Shown: positions 38,533 through 49,115, counted from the stretch's first letter. The stretch: DNA of 64,000 nt from a candidate division WOR-3 bacterium (GCA_039804105.1 JBDRZU010000001.1:1325685-1389684), one strand, 5' to 3'. Notes: generated by a model not told the origin, from the sequence alone. Translations and numbers: made by a program.

Positions 38533-39179
38533 TTATGGATAAAGAAAAAAAATATATTGATGTTGAGGATGAAAGTGTTGAAAAAGCGATAGAAAAAGGA
38601 GTTGAACTTTTAAAAACAACGATCGACAATGTTGATATTGAAATAATAAATGAGCCTCAGAATGGTTTTTTAAAGTTCGGCAAAAAGAAAGCGGTTGTTA
38701 GATTACATCTTTTGAATGGAGAGATACCCGAAGAACTTCTCAAAAAAGAAGAAAAGGTTGAAGAACAAAAAAAAGAAAAAATAAACATAAACGAAGTTCT
38801 TGAAAAAGTTTCAACTGAAAAAAAGAATGGGATCTCTGGAAATGAAGTAAAAGAGAGGAGAGAAAATCTTAATGAATCAACAAAAGAATTATTAGAGATA
38901 AAAATCATAGAGGAAAAATTTAAGAGGTTAACAGAATTGATGGGATTTACTGTTGAACCCGAGATAAGTTTTTTAAACAACAAATACAGGATAATTATAA
39001 AAGACACTCCCGATGCCAACCTGTTGATTGGGAAAAACGGAAAAACCATAGATGCTTTACAACATCTTTTAAACAAGATGTTGATAAAAGAAAAATTTAC
39101 AAAACCTGTTTATCTGGATATCAAAGGTTATGTAAAGCAGAAGAGAAGGAACAGATTTCTGAAAAATGGTAAAAAATGA
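38529..39179 (+). CDS. jag: Jag/KhpB RNA-binding protein (Jag_N + KH; no R3H)
   Basis: SVEKAIEKG...GFLKFGKK.A.VR (Jag_N) and LLIGKNGKTIDALQHL (KH). Lies between yidC and mnmE. Confidence 0.85.
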   Translation: MIMDKEKKYIDVEDESVEKAIEKGVELLKTTIDNVDIEIINEPQNGFLKFGKKKAVVRLHLLNGEIPEELLKKEEKVEEQKKEKININEVLEKVSTEKKNGISGNEVKERRENLNESTKELLEIKIIEEKFKRLTELMGFTVEPEISFLNNKYRIIIKDTPDANLLIGKNGKTIDALQHLLNKMLIKEKFTKPVYLDIKGYVKQKRRNRFLKNGKK

Positions 39180-40473
39180 TACAATATTTGCACCGATAAC
39201 TCTTGTTGGTAATTCTGCTATTACAGTTGTCAGAATATCTGGTCCTGAGACCTTTGAAATATTAAAAAAGATAACTTCTATCGAAAAATTTGCCCATCAT
39301 AAAGTTTATGTTGATTATATAAAATATAACGATAAAGTATATGATCATACTGTTATAACAACTTTTTTTTCTCCAAACAGTTATACGGGTGAAGATATGG
39401 CAGAGATTTCTTTACATGGAGGTTTTGCTGTTGTTGAAACATTTTTAAAACTGTTAAAATCTTTAAACCTTAGAGAATCTGAAAGGGGAGAGTTTACAAA
39501 GAGAGCTTTTTTGAACGGAAAAATCGATCTTGTTCAAGCGGAATCGATACTTCAAATAATAAATTCAAAAACTGAAAGATCACTTTTCTTATCACTGAAA
39601 AATGAGATGGGAGAGTTTTCCCAAAAAATAAATGGGATAAAAGATGATTTTTTATCTTTGAAATCGTATGTTCAAAGTGCTATCGATTTCCCTGATGATG
39701 TGGATTGGTCATTTGATAATTTTAAAAAAGAATTGGAAAAGGTTAAAATCGAACTTGAAAGTTTGAAAAGATCGATTTCAAGCGGAAGAATGATGGATAA
39801 AGGGATAAAAGTTGTTCTTGTCGGAAGAAGTAACACCGGAAAATCAACTCTTTTCAATAGATTGCTGAAACAGGAAAGAGCAATAGTATCAGAGTTCGAA
39901 GGAACCACAAGGGATTTTATATCAGAATGGATAGATGTAAATGGAATACCTGTCAATTTAACTGATGGTTGTGGTATCAGGGATACGGATGACCCAATAG
40001 AAAAAAAGGGGATAGAGCTTCTGCTTCAAAAAATTGAAACATCTGATTTAGTCATTTTCATATATGATCTAACAAAAGGGTTATTGGAAGAGGATAAAAA
40101 AATCCTTCAGTTGATAGAGCATAAAGATCCAATAATTGTTGGAAACAAATGTGATCTATCAAACTCAAAAAAATATGAAGGAATAAAAATTTCGGCTTTG
40201 ACTGGAGAAAATTTGAATCTTCTGAATGAAGAAATTTTTAAGAGAATAAATTTTTCTGATGAAACGATAATAGTTTCCCAACATCAATTCAATGTGATTG
40301 AAAAGATGTTTGATGAAATGGTAAAACTTGAAAATTTAAATATAAAACACGAGCCTGAAATAATAGATTTTCATTTAAAAAATATGATTGATCAATGTGA
40401 TATGTTGCTTGGAAAGATAACGGACGAGGAAATTCTCGATAGAATCTTTTCGAATTTTTGTATCGGAAAATAG
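39166..40473 (+). CDS. mnmE: tRNA modification GTPase MnmE
   Basis: DTIFA, RISG, SYTGED, GEFTKRAFLNGK, GRSNTGKS, GTTRD, NKCD, IFSNFCIGK. Confidence 0.96.
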   Translation: MVKNDTIFAPITLVGNSAITVVRISGPETFEILKKITSIEKFAHHKVYVDYIKYNDKVYDHTVITTFFSPNSYTGEDMAEISLHGGFAVVETFLKLLKSLNLRESERGEFTKRAFLNGKIDLVQAESILQIINSKTERSLFLSLKNEMGEFSQKINGIKDDFLSLKSYVQSAIDFPDDVDWSFDNFKKELEKVKIELESLKRSISSGRMMDKGIKVVLVGRSNTGKSTLFNRLLKQERAIVSEFEGTTRDFISEWIDVNGIPVNLTDGCGIRDTDDPIEKKGIELLLQKIETSDLVIFIYDLTKGLLEEDKKILQLIEHKDPIIVGNKCDLSNSKKYEGIKISALTGENLNLLNEEIFKRINFSDETIIVSQHQFNVIEKMFDEMVKLENLNIKHEPEIIDFHLKNMIDQCDMLLGKITDEEILDRIFSNFCIGK

Positions 40474-40481
40474 GAGGAATT

Positions 40482-41171
40482 TTGAGAGAATATTCTTTAA
40501 AGATGAACTATTTGAAAAATGAAAAAGCGAGTTGCCTTGTTTCTATGGGAAACACGCAAGTGTTGTGTGTCGCAACACTTCAAAAAAAACTTCCGCCTTT
40601 TATAAATCCAGAAGAGAGTGGCTGGATAACAGCTGAATATGCAATGTTGCCAAGATCGTCCACAAACAGAATCGAAAGGGAAAGAGGAAAGATCAACAGT
40701 AGGTCAACAGAAATACAGCGGTTGATTGGAAGGTCTTTGAGAGCGTCGGTTGATCTTGGTAAAATGAAAAATGTTTCAATAATAGTTGATTGTGATGTTA
40801 TCGTTGCAGATGGTGGAACAAGATGTGCCTCAATAAATGGTGGAATGGCTGTTTTGTATGTTTTGGTTTCAAATCTTATGAGAGAAGGAATCATAACTGA
40901 AAATCCATTTAAAACTTATATTGGAGCGATAAGTGGTGGGATAGTTGATCAAAAGATTGTTATAGATCTCGATTACGAAAATGATTCAAAGTCCTCATCA
41001 GATTTCAATTTTGTGCTTGATGATCAGGGAAAGATAGTCGAAATACAGGGAACTTCTGAAAGGGATAACATTTCAAAAGAGGATTTTGATAAAATTTTTG
41101 AAAAAGCAAAAAAGGAAATAATGAAAATAATTGATTTTTCAAAGAAAAAAGTTAAATATGGCAAAATTTAA
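40482..41171 (+). CDS. rph: Ribonuclease PH
   Basis: GWITAEYAMLP, R..EIQRLIGRSLR, DCDV..ADGGTR.ASI, EIQGT.E. TTG 40482 chosen because it follows SD GGAGG. Confidence 0.93.
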   Translation: MREYSLKMNYLKNEKASCLVSMGNTQVLCVATLQKKLPPFINPEESGWITAEYAMLPRSSTNRIERERGKINSRSTEIQRLIGRSLRASVDLGKMKNVSIIVDCDVIVADGGTRCASINGGMAVLYVLVSNLMREGIITENPFKTYIGAISGGIVDQKIVIDLDYENDSKSSSDFNFVLDDQGKIVEIQGTSERDNISKEDFDKIFEKAKKEIMKIIDFSKKKVKYGKI

Positions 41172-42138
41172 AATAGAGCACAAAGTAAAAAGTGAAAACC
41201 CATCATCAAGGTTGGATATTTTTTTAAAATCTCTTGGAGTAAGATTATCGAGAACAAGGATAGCAAATCTGATAGAGGAAGGGAAAGTTCTTGTAAATGG
41301 AAAGATTGAAAAACCATCTTATAAAGTGAAAAAGGGAGATCATATACTTGTGGAATACGAAATACTCGTAAAAACCGATCTTCAGCCTGAAGATATACCT
41401 TTGAAGATACTCTATGAGGATGATGATATTATAGTTATAGATAAAGAAAAAGGAATGGTTGTTCATCCAGCAAAGGGAAACAGAGAGGGAACAATTGTAA
41501 ACGCTTTACTTCATCACACAAAACTGTCAGGTGGAGATGAACAACGACCAGGTGTTGTCCATCGTCTTGATAAGGATACAAGCGGAGTTATGGTTTTTGC
41601 AAAAAATGAAAGAGCACATCAATATCTTGCTAACGAGATTGAAAGGAGGAGAGTCAAAAGAACTTATCTTGCTTTGGTCTGGGGTAGTTTTACAAGAAAG
41701 GTTGGGGAAATTAACGCTCCGATTGGAAGAAGTAATGTTGATAGAAAACTTATGACTGTGACAGATGTGAACAGTAAGGAAGCGATAACTGTTTACAGGG
41801 TTTTAAAAAATTTTAAAATATGTTCTCTTCTTAAAGTCAACCTTCAAACTGGAAGAACACATCAAATAAGAGTCCACATGCATCATATAGAACATCCTGT
41901 TGTTGGTGATCAGGAATATAAAAAAAATATTCATCTTGCTTTAAAAAATCTTCCTGTTGACTTGAAAAAACATTTTGATAATATTAACGGACTTATTGAT
42001 AGACAAGCGTTACATTCTGTATCATTGACATTCAGGCATCCTTCCGATGGTAGAATTGTTTCGTTCTATTCACCTTTGCCAGAGGATTTTTTGGATGTAT
42101 TAAATTATCTCTGGAATTTAGACAAGGAGAATAATTGA
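41158..42138 (+). CDS. rluD: RluA-family pseudouridine synthase with S4 domain
   Basis: S4 domain RLD.FL; GMVVHP, RPGVVHRLDKDTSG, TGRTHQIRVH, RQALH. Confidence 0.92.
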   Translation: MAKFKIEHKVKSENPSSRLDIFLKSLGVRLSRTRIANLIEEGKVLVNGKIEKPSYKVKKGDHILVEYEILVKTDLQPEDIPLKILYEDDDIIVIDKEKGMVVHPAKGNREGTIVNALLHHTKLSGGDEQRPGVVHRLDKDTSGVMVFAKNERAHQYLANEIERRRVKRTYLALVWGSFTRKVGEINAPIGRSNVDRKLMTVTDVNSKEAITVYRVLKNFKICSLLKVNLQTGRTHQIRVHMHHIEHPVVGDQEYKKNIHLALKNLPVDLKKHFDNINGLIDRQALHSVSLTFRHPSDGRIVSFYSPLPEDFLDVLNYLWNLDKENN

Positions 42139-44339
42139 AACTTATAATTGTTGAATCACCTACGAAAGCAAAAACGATAGAAAATTATGCTGGAAAAGAT
42201 TTCAAAGTGTTATCGTCAAAAGGTCATATAATCGATTTACCTGAAAAGATTCTCGGGATAAACATAGAGAAAGATTTTGAACCTGATTTTCGATTAATCC
42301 AGAATAAATCAAAAATAGTTGCTCAGATAAAAGAGGAGAGTTTGAAAAGTGAAAAGATATTTATAGCAACAGATCCTGATAGGGAAGGTGAAGCAATTGC
42401 GTTTCATATAGTTTCAATAATGGATGATCAGATAAAATCAAAAGCAAAAAGGGTTCTATTTTATGAGATAACGAAAAAAGGAATAAAAGAGGGACTTGAA
42501 AATCCAAAAGATATAAACATGAATCTTGTTGAATCACAGTATGCGAGAAGAATACTTGATCGACTGGTTGGTTACCTAATAAGTCCGTTTTTATGGAAAG
42601 TTATAAAAAAAGGACTCTCAGCAGGTAGAGTCCAATCTGTTGCTTTAAGGTTTATATGTGAAAAGGAAGAAAAGATAAGAAATTTTAAAAGTAAGGTAAC
42701 TTTTAAAATAAAAGGAAAATTTAAACATAAAAATGGTTCATTTTATGCTGACCTTATAAAGTACAATAACGATAAGGCGGTTTTTGAAGAGGAAATAAAA
42801 GCAAAAGGAATTATAGATCTTTTAAAACAGGAACAGTTTGTTATAAAAAATGTTTCATTTGATGATAAATCTATAAAACCTTATCCTCCTTTTATTACAA
42901 GTACTCTTCAACAGGCAGCGGCGAATATTTTGGGTTTCCCTGCAAAGAAGACGATGAGCATAGCACAGCAACTTTATGAAGGTGTGAAAATTGAAAATAG
43001 TATGACAGGTCTTATCACATATATGAGAACCGATTCTACAAGAATGAGTGAAGATGGAATAAAGATGATCAGAGATTATATAGAGAAAACGATGACAAAA
43101 GATTATCTTTCCGAACATGTAAATGTATATGAAAGTTCGAAATCTTCTCAGGATGCTCACGAAGCGATAAGGGTTACAGATGTTGAACTCACACCCGAAA
43201 AAGTTGAAAAATACCTTTCAAAGGATCAGTATAAACTTTATTCTCTTATATGGAAAAGAAGTGTTGCGACGCAGATGAAAAATGGTGTCTATACTTATAC
43301 AACCGTTGATATCGAAGGTGGCAAATTTTATTTTAGAGGTGTTGGAAACAGGTTGAAATTTGATGGTTTTTTAAAAATTTATCCTTACGGTGATTTCAGA
43401 AACCTGAAAAATGATATACCTGAAGTTGCTAAAAATGATGAGGTAAAACTTGAAGAATCAGAGATAAAAAAAGAGGAGACCCAACCACCATCAAGATATA
43501 CGGATGCTACCCTTGTAAAAGCACTCGAACAGAAAGGTATTGGAAGACCTTCAACCTATGCATCCATAATCGATATTCTTTTGAAAAGGAAATATGTTTT
43601 AAGGGAAAAGAGATTTTTTAAACCAACAGAACTTGGTGAAACTGTAAACAATCTTCTCATAAGATGGTTTCCCGATATTTTTGATGCTGGCTTTACAGCA
43701 AAAATGGAAGAAAAACTGGATCAGATTGTTGAAGGAAAATTTTTGAGAAAAGAAATTTTAAAGGATTTTTATACTCAACTTGAAAAAGATTTGAAAAATG
43801 CTAATGGAAGTAGTAAAGAGGTTTCAAAAAGTGTTCAACAGAAAACTGATCAAGTGTGTGAAAAATGTGGTTCCCCGATGATTATCAGATGGGGGAGATA
43901 TGGAAAATTTTTATCATGTACTAACTATCCAAAATGTTCCAATGCAAAACCGATAGTTGAGGATGAAGAAAAACTTGATGAAAAATGTCCAATATGTGGA
44001 AAAGAACTTGTTGTGAAAAATGGGAAATATGGAAAATTTATTTCCTGTTCAGATTATCCAAAATGTAAATTTACTAAGAATTATTCAGTTGGAATAAAAT
44101 GTCCAAAAGATGATGGTGATATCATTCAAAGGAAAAGTTCTAAAGGAAAAGTTTTTTATGGTTGTTCCAATTATCCGAAATGTGATTTTGTTCTCTGGTC
44201 AAAACCTGAAAAGATAAAATGTGAGAAGTGTGGTTTCGAAGGTATGGTAAAAGTTAAGGACAAATATAAATGTATAAAATGTAACCATACTCAGACGATA
44301 GATGAAAATATCTCTCACGATGATAATCCGGAAGAATAG
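42135..44339 (+). CDS. topA: DNA topoisomerase I
   Basis: IVESPTKAKTI, ATDPDREGEAIA, SAGRVQS, ITYMRTDS, QDAHEAIR, GIGRPSTY. C-terminal zinc ribbons. Confidence 0.97.
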   Translation: MKLIIVESPTKAKTIENYAGKDFKVLSSKGHIIDLPEKILGINIEKDFEPDFRLIQNKSKIVAQIKEESLKSEKIFIATDPDREGEAIAFHIVSIMDDQIKSKAKRVLFYEITKKGIKEGLENPKDINMNLVESQYARRILDRLVGYLISPFLWKVIKKGLSAGRVQSVALRFICEKEEKIRNFKSKVTFKIKGKFKHKNGSFYADLIKYNNDKAVFEEEIKAKGIIDLLKQEQFVIKNVSFDDKSIKPYPPFITSTLQQAAANILGFPAKKTMSIAQQLYEGVKIENSMTGLITYMRTDSTRMSEDGIKMIRDYIEKTMTKDYLSEHVNVYESSKSSQDAHEAIRVTDVELTPEKVEKYLSKDQYKLYSLIWKRSVATQMKNGVYTYTTVDIEGGKFYFRGVGNRLKFDGFLKIYPYGDFRNLKNDIPEVAKNDEVKLEESEIKKEETQPPSRYTDATLVKALEQKGIGRPSTYASIIDILLKRKYVLREKRFFKPTELGETVNNLLIRWFPDIFDAGFTAKMEEKLDQIVEGKFLRKEILKDFYTQLEKDLKNANGSSKEVSKSVQQKTDQVCEKCGSPMIIRWGRYGKFLSCTNYPKCSNAKPIVEDEEKLDEKCPICGKELVVKNGKYGKFISCSDYPKCKFTKNYSVGIKCPKDDGDIIQRKSSKGKVFYGCSNYPKCDFVLWSKPEKIKCEKCGFEGMVKVKDKYKCIKCNHTQTIDENISHDDNPEE

Positions 44340-45190
44340 ATCGTATATAGATTTTTTACCCTTTCGATATAATTTTCCGAAGGAGTTTCATTCCTTCGAG
44401 CCATAACTTTTTTTATATCTAATACCAATTTTTCGATGTTATAGATGTTGGAATCATCTCCCCATGAAAAAGGTTTTATGTATTTTTTATTTCTGATATC
44501 AAGAAAAATGTTCGAAAAAGGTCCTATGACTGTTCCTGTGTTTATCATTGTTCCTATTGCTGTTTTTACATGTTCTCCTATGATACATCCCAATTTTTGC
44601 ATTCCACTATCAACAAAATCTTCTCCATTAAAAATTCTTATGGTGGAATAATTGTTCTTAAGATCAGAATTCGTTGTCCCAGCACCGAGGTTTACCCAAT
44701 TACAAATTATCGAATGACCGATGAATCCATAATGATGTTTGTTAACATAATCAAAAAAAATCGATTCTTCAATTTCTCCTGATAGTTTGCACACTTTTCC
44801 AGAAACGAACGGTCCCCTTATAGTTGCTGAATCTATGAGATTACCTTCACCTATGAAGACGGGTCCTTCTATCGAATTGAAATTTTTTAACACTGTATCA
44901 TCGGAAATGAAAACATCTCCTTTTGTAAGATTGATTATTGTTAATCCTTCAACTTTAATATTTTTACCTAAATGAAGTTTACTTTTTTCTCCGATTATAA
45001 ATAGATTTTGCGGAAACGGATTTTGAGGTAAAGTGATATTCCCAAAAAAGGTATTTAAAATTTTTTCAAGGTTTTTCACAAGGTCATAACTATTTTCAAT
45101 CTTTGTAAAACTATTGATTTCATTCAAATTCATTCCCAGAATTTTTATGTTCTCTTTATCCATCGTCAACGAAAGTGGAAAAAGATTCAT
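44315..45190 (-). CDS. Alternative GlmU-family hexapeptide-repeat acetyltransferase (Bacteroidota type), short
   Basis: Left-handed beta-helix repeats. GEIEESI, NKHHYGFIGHS, WVNLGAGT.NSDLKNNY, G.IIG.H.KT.I.T.INTGTV. Confidence 0.8.
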   Translation of the reverse strand: MNLFPLSLTMDKENIKILGMNLNEINSFTKIENSYDLVKNLEKILNTFFGNITLPQNPFPQNLFIIGEKSKLHLGKNIKVEGLTIINLTKGDVFISDDTVLKNFNSIEGPVFIGEGNLIDSATIRGPFVSGKVCKLSGEIEESIFFDYVNKHHYGFIGHSIICNWVNLGAGTTNSDLKNNYSTIRIFNGEDFVDSGMQKLGCIIGEHVKTAIGTMINTGTVIGPFSNIFLDIRNKKYIKPFSWGDDSNIYNIEKLVLDIKKVMARRNETPSENYIERVKNLYTIYSSGLSS

Positions 45191-46293
45191 ATTTCCATCT
45201 CCCTTTTGTATATTTCATAGTATTCAAGAACCTTCTCTTTAAACTCTTTTTTAAATCTTTCTTTTGAAAATCTCAAGGAATTGTTTCTACAATCTTCCTG
45301 TGAGAAACTCATCCTATCGAATCTATATATAGCATCTATAAGAGAATCAACATTTTGTTTTTCAAAGAACACTCCAGTTTTATTTTCGATTATTGTTTCA
45401 ACTGCTCCTCCCATTTTCAAAGCTATAACGGGTTTTCCACATGCCTGGGCTTCAAGTGAAACTATTCCAAAATCTTCAACCTGAGGAAACACAAGGGCTT
45501 TACATCTTTGATAGTAGGAAAGCAACTTTTTATCATCAACATAGTTTAAAAATTGAATGTTCTTTTCAGAAATAGATTTTAAATAGTTGTAATGTGTTCC
45601 TTGTCCGATTATCACCAGAGGTCTTTTCAATCTGTTGAATGCCTTTATCGCAAGTTCAATAGATTTATAAGGTTTCAAACGGGAGACAATCAAAAAGAAT
45701 TCCTCCTGCCTTTTATCTTTGTTGGGAATAAAATAATCGGTGTTTACTGGTGGATATATTATAGGTGAATCTATATCGTAATATTTTTTCAATCTTTTTT
45801 GGACAGTTTTAGAGATCGTAATGTAGAAATCAGGTCTTTTTGATGAAACTTCATCCCATAATCTTATTTGACTTAAAATCAGTTTAAGCCCTTTACTCAC
45901 GATTCCTCTTTTATTAATGAGAGGAAAAAATGACTCCCATACAAATCTCATTGGGTTGAGGCAATAGGTTACATGCATCGTTTTTGTATTTGTTATAACA
46001 CCTTTTGCCCAAGCAGAGGAGTTTGAGATTATGATATCGAATTCTCTTGTATCAAAAGATTCGATTGCTGCTGGATAAAAAGGTAGAAGATATTCATAAT
46101 AGAATTTTGAAAAGGGAAATTTGTTTAAAAACGACTTTTTAATTTTGTGTTTAGCAAGAACAGGTGAAACTCTATTTTTATCATATATCAAAGTGAATAC
46201 TGTTGATTCTGGAAATATCTCAAGTAAGACCTCTAAAACTCTTTCAGCACCACCATATTGGTTCAAATAGTCGTGTACTATTCCAATTTTCAT
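45187..46293 (-). CDS. Glycosyltransferase family 4
   Basis: HDYL...GGAERV, YPPV, SRL..YK, EDFGIV.LEAQACGKPVIA...GG..ET. Confidence 0.93.
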   Translation of the reverse strand: MKIGIVHDYLNQYGGAERVLEVLLEIFPESTVFTLIYDKNRVSPVLAKHKIKKSFLNKFPFSKFYYEYLLPFYPAAIESFDTREFDIIISNSSAWAKGVITNTKTMHVTYCLNPMRFVWESFFPLINKRGIVSKGLKLILSQIRLWDEVSSKRPDFYITISKTVQKRLKKYYDIDSPIIYPPVNTDYFIPNKDKRQEEFFLIVSRLKPYKSIELAIKAFNRLKRPLVIIGQGTHYNYLKSISEKNIQFLNYVDDKKLLSYYQRCKALVFPQVEDFGIVSLEAQACGKPVIALKMGGAVETIIENKTGVFFEKQNVDSLIDAIYRFDRMSFSQEDCRNNSLRFSKERFKKEFKEKVLEYYEIYKREMEI

Positions 46294-46300
46294 TATTGAT

Positions 46301-46338
46301 ATTATATGTGTTGAAAAAAAATAGTAAATAGGTAAAAT
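46301..46338. promoter_or_regulatory. Overlapping divergent promoters (both leaderless)
   Basis: Plus: TTGAAA(46311)-16-TAAAAT, 7 nt before ATG 46346. Minus: TTTACT-16-TATAAT(46301-46306), 7 nt before ATG 46293. Confidence 0.5.
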
Positions 46339-46345
46339 ACGCTTT

Positions 46346-47860
46346 ATGAAGAAAATTTTATTTTTTAAAGTTTTTATTTTTTTTTCTTTTATTTTTGTTT
46401 ATTCTTCTCAGAGATATAATCAACTTTTTATTGAAAAAGCACTTGAAAAAAGAAATTTTAAAGAGTTTGATGATGAAACTTATTGTAAGATTGCAAGGAA
46501 TTATTTCATTGAAGGTAATTTTGAAAATTTTCTGGGAACATTAAGGAATATCGAGAATGAAGAAATAAAAATTTTTACTGTAGAAAGAAGTTTTAATGAT
46601 GCTATTGAAAAGAAAAATTATGATTTCGCAATAAAACTCATAGAGAATCTAAATTATTCTTTTAAAACCAGATTCTATTTAAAAATTGCTTATGAATATA
46701 TAAAGGATCAAAATCTTTCAAAAGCGAAAAAATATTTTGAACTATCGGAAAGTTTTCTTTCATATATAAAGAATGATTTTGAAAAAACTCAGTCAAAAAT
46801 TCTTTTGGGAAAAGGATTTGGACTTGTAAAGGAAATGTCGAAATCCCTTTCATTGTTAAGTTCAGCATTTTGGGAAACAAATCGAGTGAAGAATAAAACT
46901 GAAAAGGCAATTCTTCTTGTTGAACTTTTTGATGCTTATAGAAAATTGAATCTTTCTGTGAATTCGAAACTTGTCGAAATCCAACTTGGTTTTGAAAACG
47001 ATCCAGAGATCTTGTTAACAGTTTCAGAAAAGTTCTTTGAAAAAGGTGATTCTACGAGTTCAAGAAAATATCTGGATCTTGCTTATAAAAATAGAAATAG
47101 GATAAAAAATAATATCAAAAAAACGCTTTTGCTTTCACAGATAACAAATGATTATCATCTGTTAAACGATAAAGCAAAATTAGCAAATTCCTTTAAAGAG
47201 ACGATCAGAGAGGCAAAAAGTATTACCAAAAGGGTCGAAAGAGTTAAAATGATACTTTCTGTTTTAAGATTTAACAACGATGAAAATCTTGAAAAACTTC
47301 TTATAGAAGATATTTCAATGGTGAAAGATGATAGGTTAAAGAATGAGATGCTTTTGAAATTGATCGAAACATATTTGATAAAAGGTGAAGATGAAAAAGG
47401 TTTTTTACTTTTAAAGATGTTTATTAACGAGTTAAAGACAAATAATAATGACAATGTTTTATTCTATCTGCATCTTATATCAGAGATGTATGCAAATTAT
47501 GGAAGTGTTCCATCATGTCTTGATTTTATAAAAATTTTGAAAAGGGATTTCAAAAAATACCCATCAGTAATATCCAAGATGTATATCTATAAGAATGATT
47601 TTACATCAGGTTTTGAGTATATAAAATTAGTAAAAGAGAATCAAGAAAAGATACCTTTGCTATACCTCTTTCTCGAAGAAACATTTAAAAAAGAGGATAA
47701 TAGTTTAAATAACAGAAATTTACAGGAAGTTTTTCAGTTGATTTCTAAAATCGATGATAAAAAATTTAAATCTATGTTATTACTTGATATTTCCTATTTG
47801 ATATTGAAGTACAATGTTAATATAGATAATAAAACTTTGTATTATCTTGAAACTATTTGA
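46346..47860 (+). CDS. Hypothetical exported alpha-helical repeat (TPR-like) protein
   Basis: Signal peptide. Recurring ~40-aa helical units (IKNDFEKT, VKNKTEKA, IKNNIKKT). Confidence 0.6.
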   Translation: MKKILFFKVFIFFSFIFVYSSQRYNQLFIEKALEKRNFKEFDDETYCKIARNYFIEGNFENFLGTLRNIENEEIKIFTVERSFNDAIEKKNYDFAIKLIENLNYSFKTRFYLKIAYEYIKDQNLSKAKKYFELSESFLSYIKNDFEKTQSKILLGKGFGLVKEMSKSLSLLSSAFWETNRVKNKTEKAILLVELFDAYRKLNLSVNSKLVEIQLGFENDPEILLTVSEKFFEKGDSTSSRKYLDLAYKNRNRIKNNIKKTLLLSQITNDYHLLNDKAKLANSFKETIREAKSITKRVERVKMILSVLRFNNDENLEKLLIEDISMVKDDRLKNEMLLKLIETYLIKGEDEKGFLLLKMFINELKTNNNDNVLFYLHLISEMYANYGSVPSCLDFIKILKRDFKKYPSVISKMYIYKNDFTSGFEYIKLVKENQEKIPLLYLFLEETFKKEDNSLNNRNLQEVFQLISKIDDKKFKSMLLLDISYLILKYNVNIDNKTLYYLETI

Positions 47861-49115
47861 TCTTTTTTAAACTATCAACAACATCTTTCAACTCTGTGCC
47901 CCTGCCTGTGAAATAACTTTCGATTTTTTTCTTTATTCCTTCATCGATGTTCCTTTCGATTGGATTTATGCAAGAGTTTCCAATAGTTTCAATAAAAAAT
48001 TTTCCAAAATTTATCAGAGGGATAACACCTTTTTCAGAGATTTGATCAACCGAATCTTTATCTGTATGTATAAACCTTGATGGAACACCACCCGCTCTAA
48101 ATAGATTGATGGTTGGAACACCTTTGAGTGAAAAAGGCATATTATCACTTGAATATATATCTTTTGAAATATTTATTGAACTTCCAGTAAGTTTTGATAC
48201 AAAATTTATTGCATTGACGAGATAATCATTTGCTGTAACAATACACTGTGTTGTTCCAAAAGGATCACCTGCAACATCGAAATTGATTCCAAGGATATAG
48301 TTTTTTAGATCTTCTTCTTTTCTTGCGACAAAGAATCTGCTTCCCCACAGTCCCCATTCTTCTCCAGAAAAGAATGAAAAAATTATACCCCTTTTTGTTG
48401 GATTTTTTGAAAAGTGTGCTAAAAGTTCAGCCATTATTCCAATTCCTCCACTGTTATCAGAACCACCTGGAGATCTTGGAACAGTATCTGTATGTCCCAT
48501 AACGATTATTTTTTCTTCTGTTTTTTTTGTTCCATCAATTGTTGCAATGATATTTTCTGTTCTTGTTTTATAAGTTTTTCCCTTTCCTTCAATCTTAACT
48601 TTTTTTCCTGTATTTTCCAAAAGTTTTAAAACATCAGAATATTTAATATCGATAATCGGGATTATACACTTTTTCTCTATCATCCAGCTTGAAAGATGTA
48701 AAGATGAAATTAAATCGTCAGATCTTGAAGCAGTGATTATTCCTTTTATCTTTTTTTCTTTCAAGACAGGAAATTTTGACATATTTGGTCGATCTTTCAT
48801 GATTACAATTTTATTTTCAAAATTTTGATCAATATTTAATATCTGTTCAAAAGATTCAGCATACTCTAAAATCCCTTCAACTGAATATGGAACCGTTAAC
48901 CCATAGGGAACACCTTCATATTTTTTAGAACCCAAAACCAGAAAACCTTTTCCGATTTCGGAAATGTATAACGGAAAATCTATCGTTTCATATTTAACTT
49001 TTAAATCTTTTAGAAACTGCTTTAAAATATTGTTTGCCTTTTTATGATTTTCTGTTCCAGCAATTCTTTCACCTTTCAACTTTAGCATCAAATCGTATGC
49101 TATCTTTCCAGCCAT
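47853..49115 (-). CDS. M28 family metallopeptidase with PA domain
   Basis: NIIA, GHTDTV, G.SDNSGG, GEEWGLWGS, NFDV, SD..PF, HT..D. No signal peptide. Confidence 0.88.
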   Translation of the reverse strand: MAGKIAYDLMLKLKGERIAGTENHKKANNILKQFLKDLKVKYETIDFPLYISEIGKGFLVLGSKKYEGVPYGLTVPYSVEGILEYAESFEQILNIDQNFENKIVIMKDRPNMSKFPVLKEKKIKGIITASRSDDLISSLHLSSWMIEKKCIIPIIDIKYSDVLKLLENTGKKVKIEGKGKTYKTRTENIIATIDGTKKTEEKIIVMGHTDTVPRSPGGSDNSGGIGIMAELLAHFSKNPTKRGIIFSFFSGEEWGLWGSRFFVARKEEDLKNYILGINFDVAGDPFGTTQCIVTANDYLVNAINFVSKLTGSSINISKDIYSSDNMPFSLKGVPTINLFRAGGVPSRFIHTDKDSVDQISEKGVIPLINFGKFFIETIGNSCINPIERNIDEGIKKKIESYFTGRGTELKDVVDSLKKIK

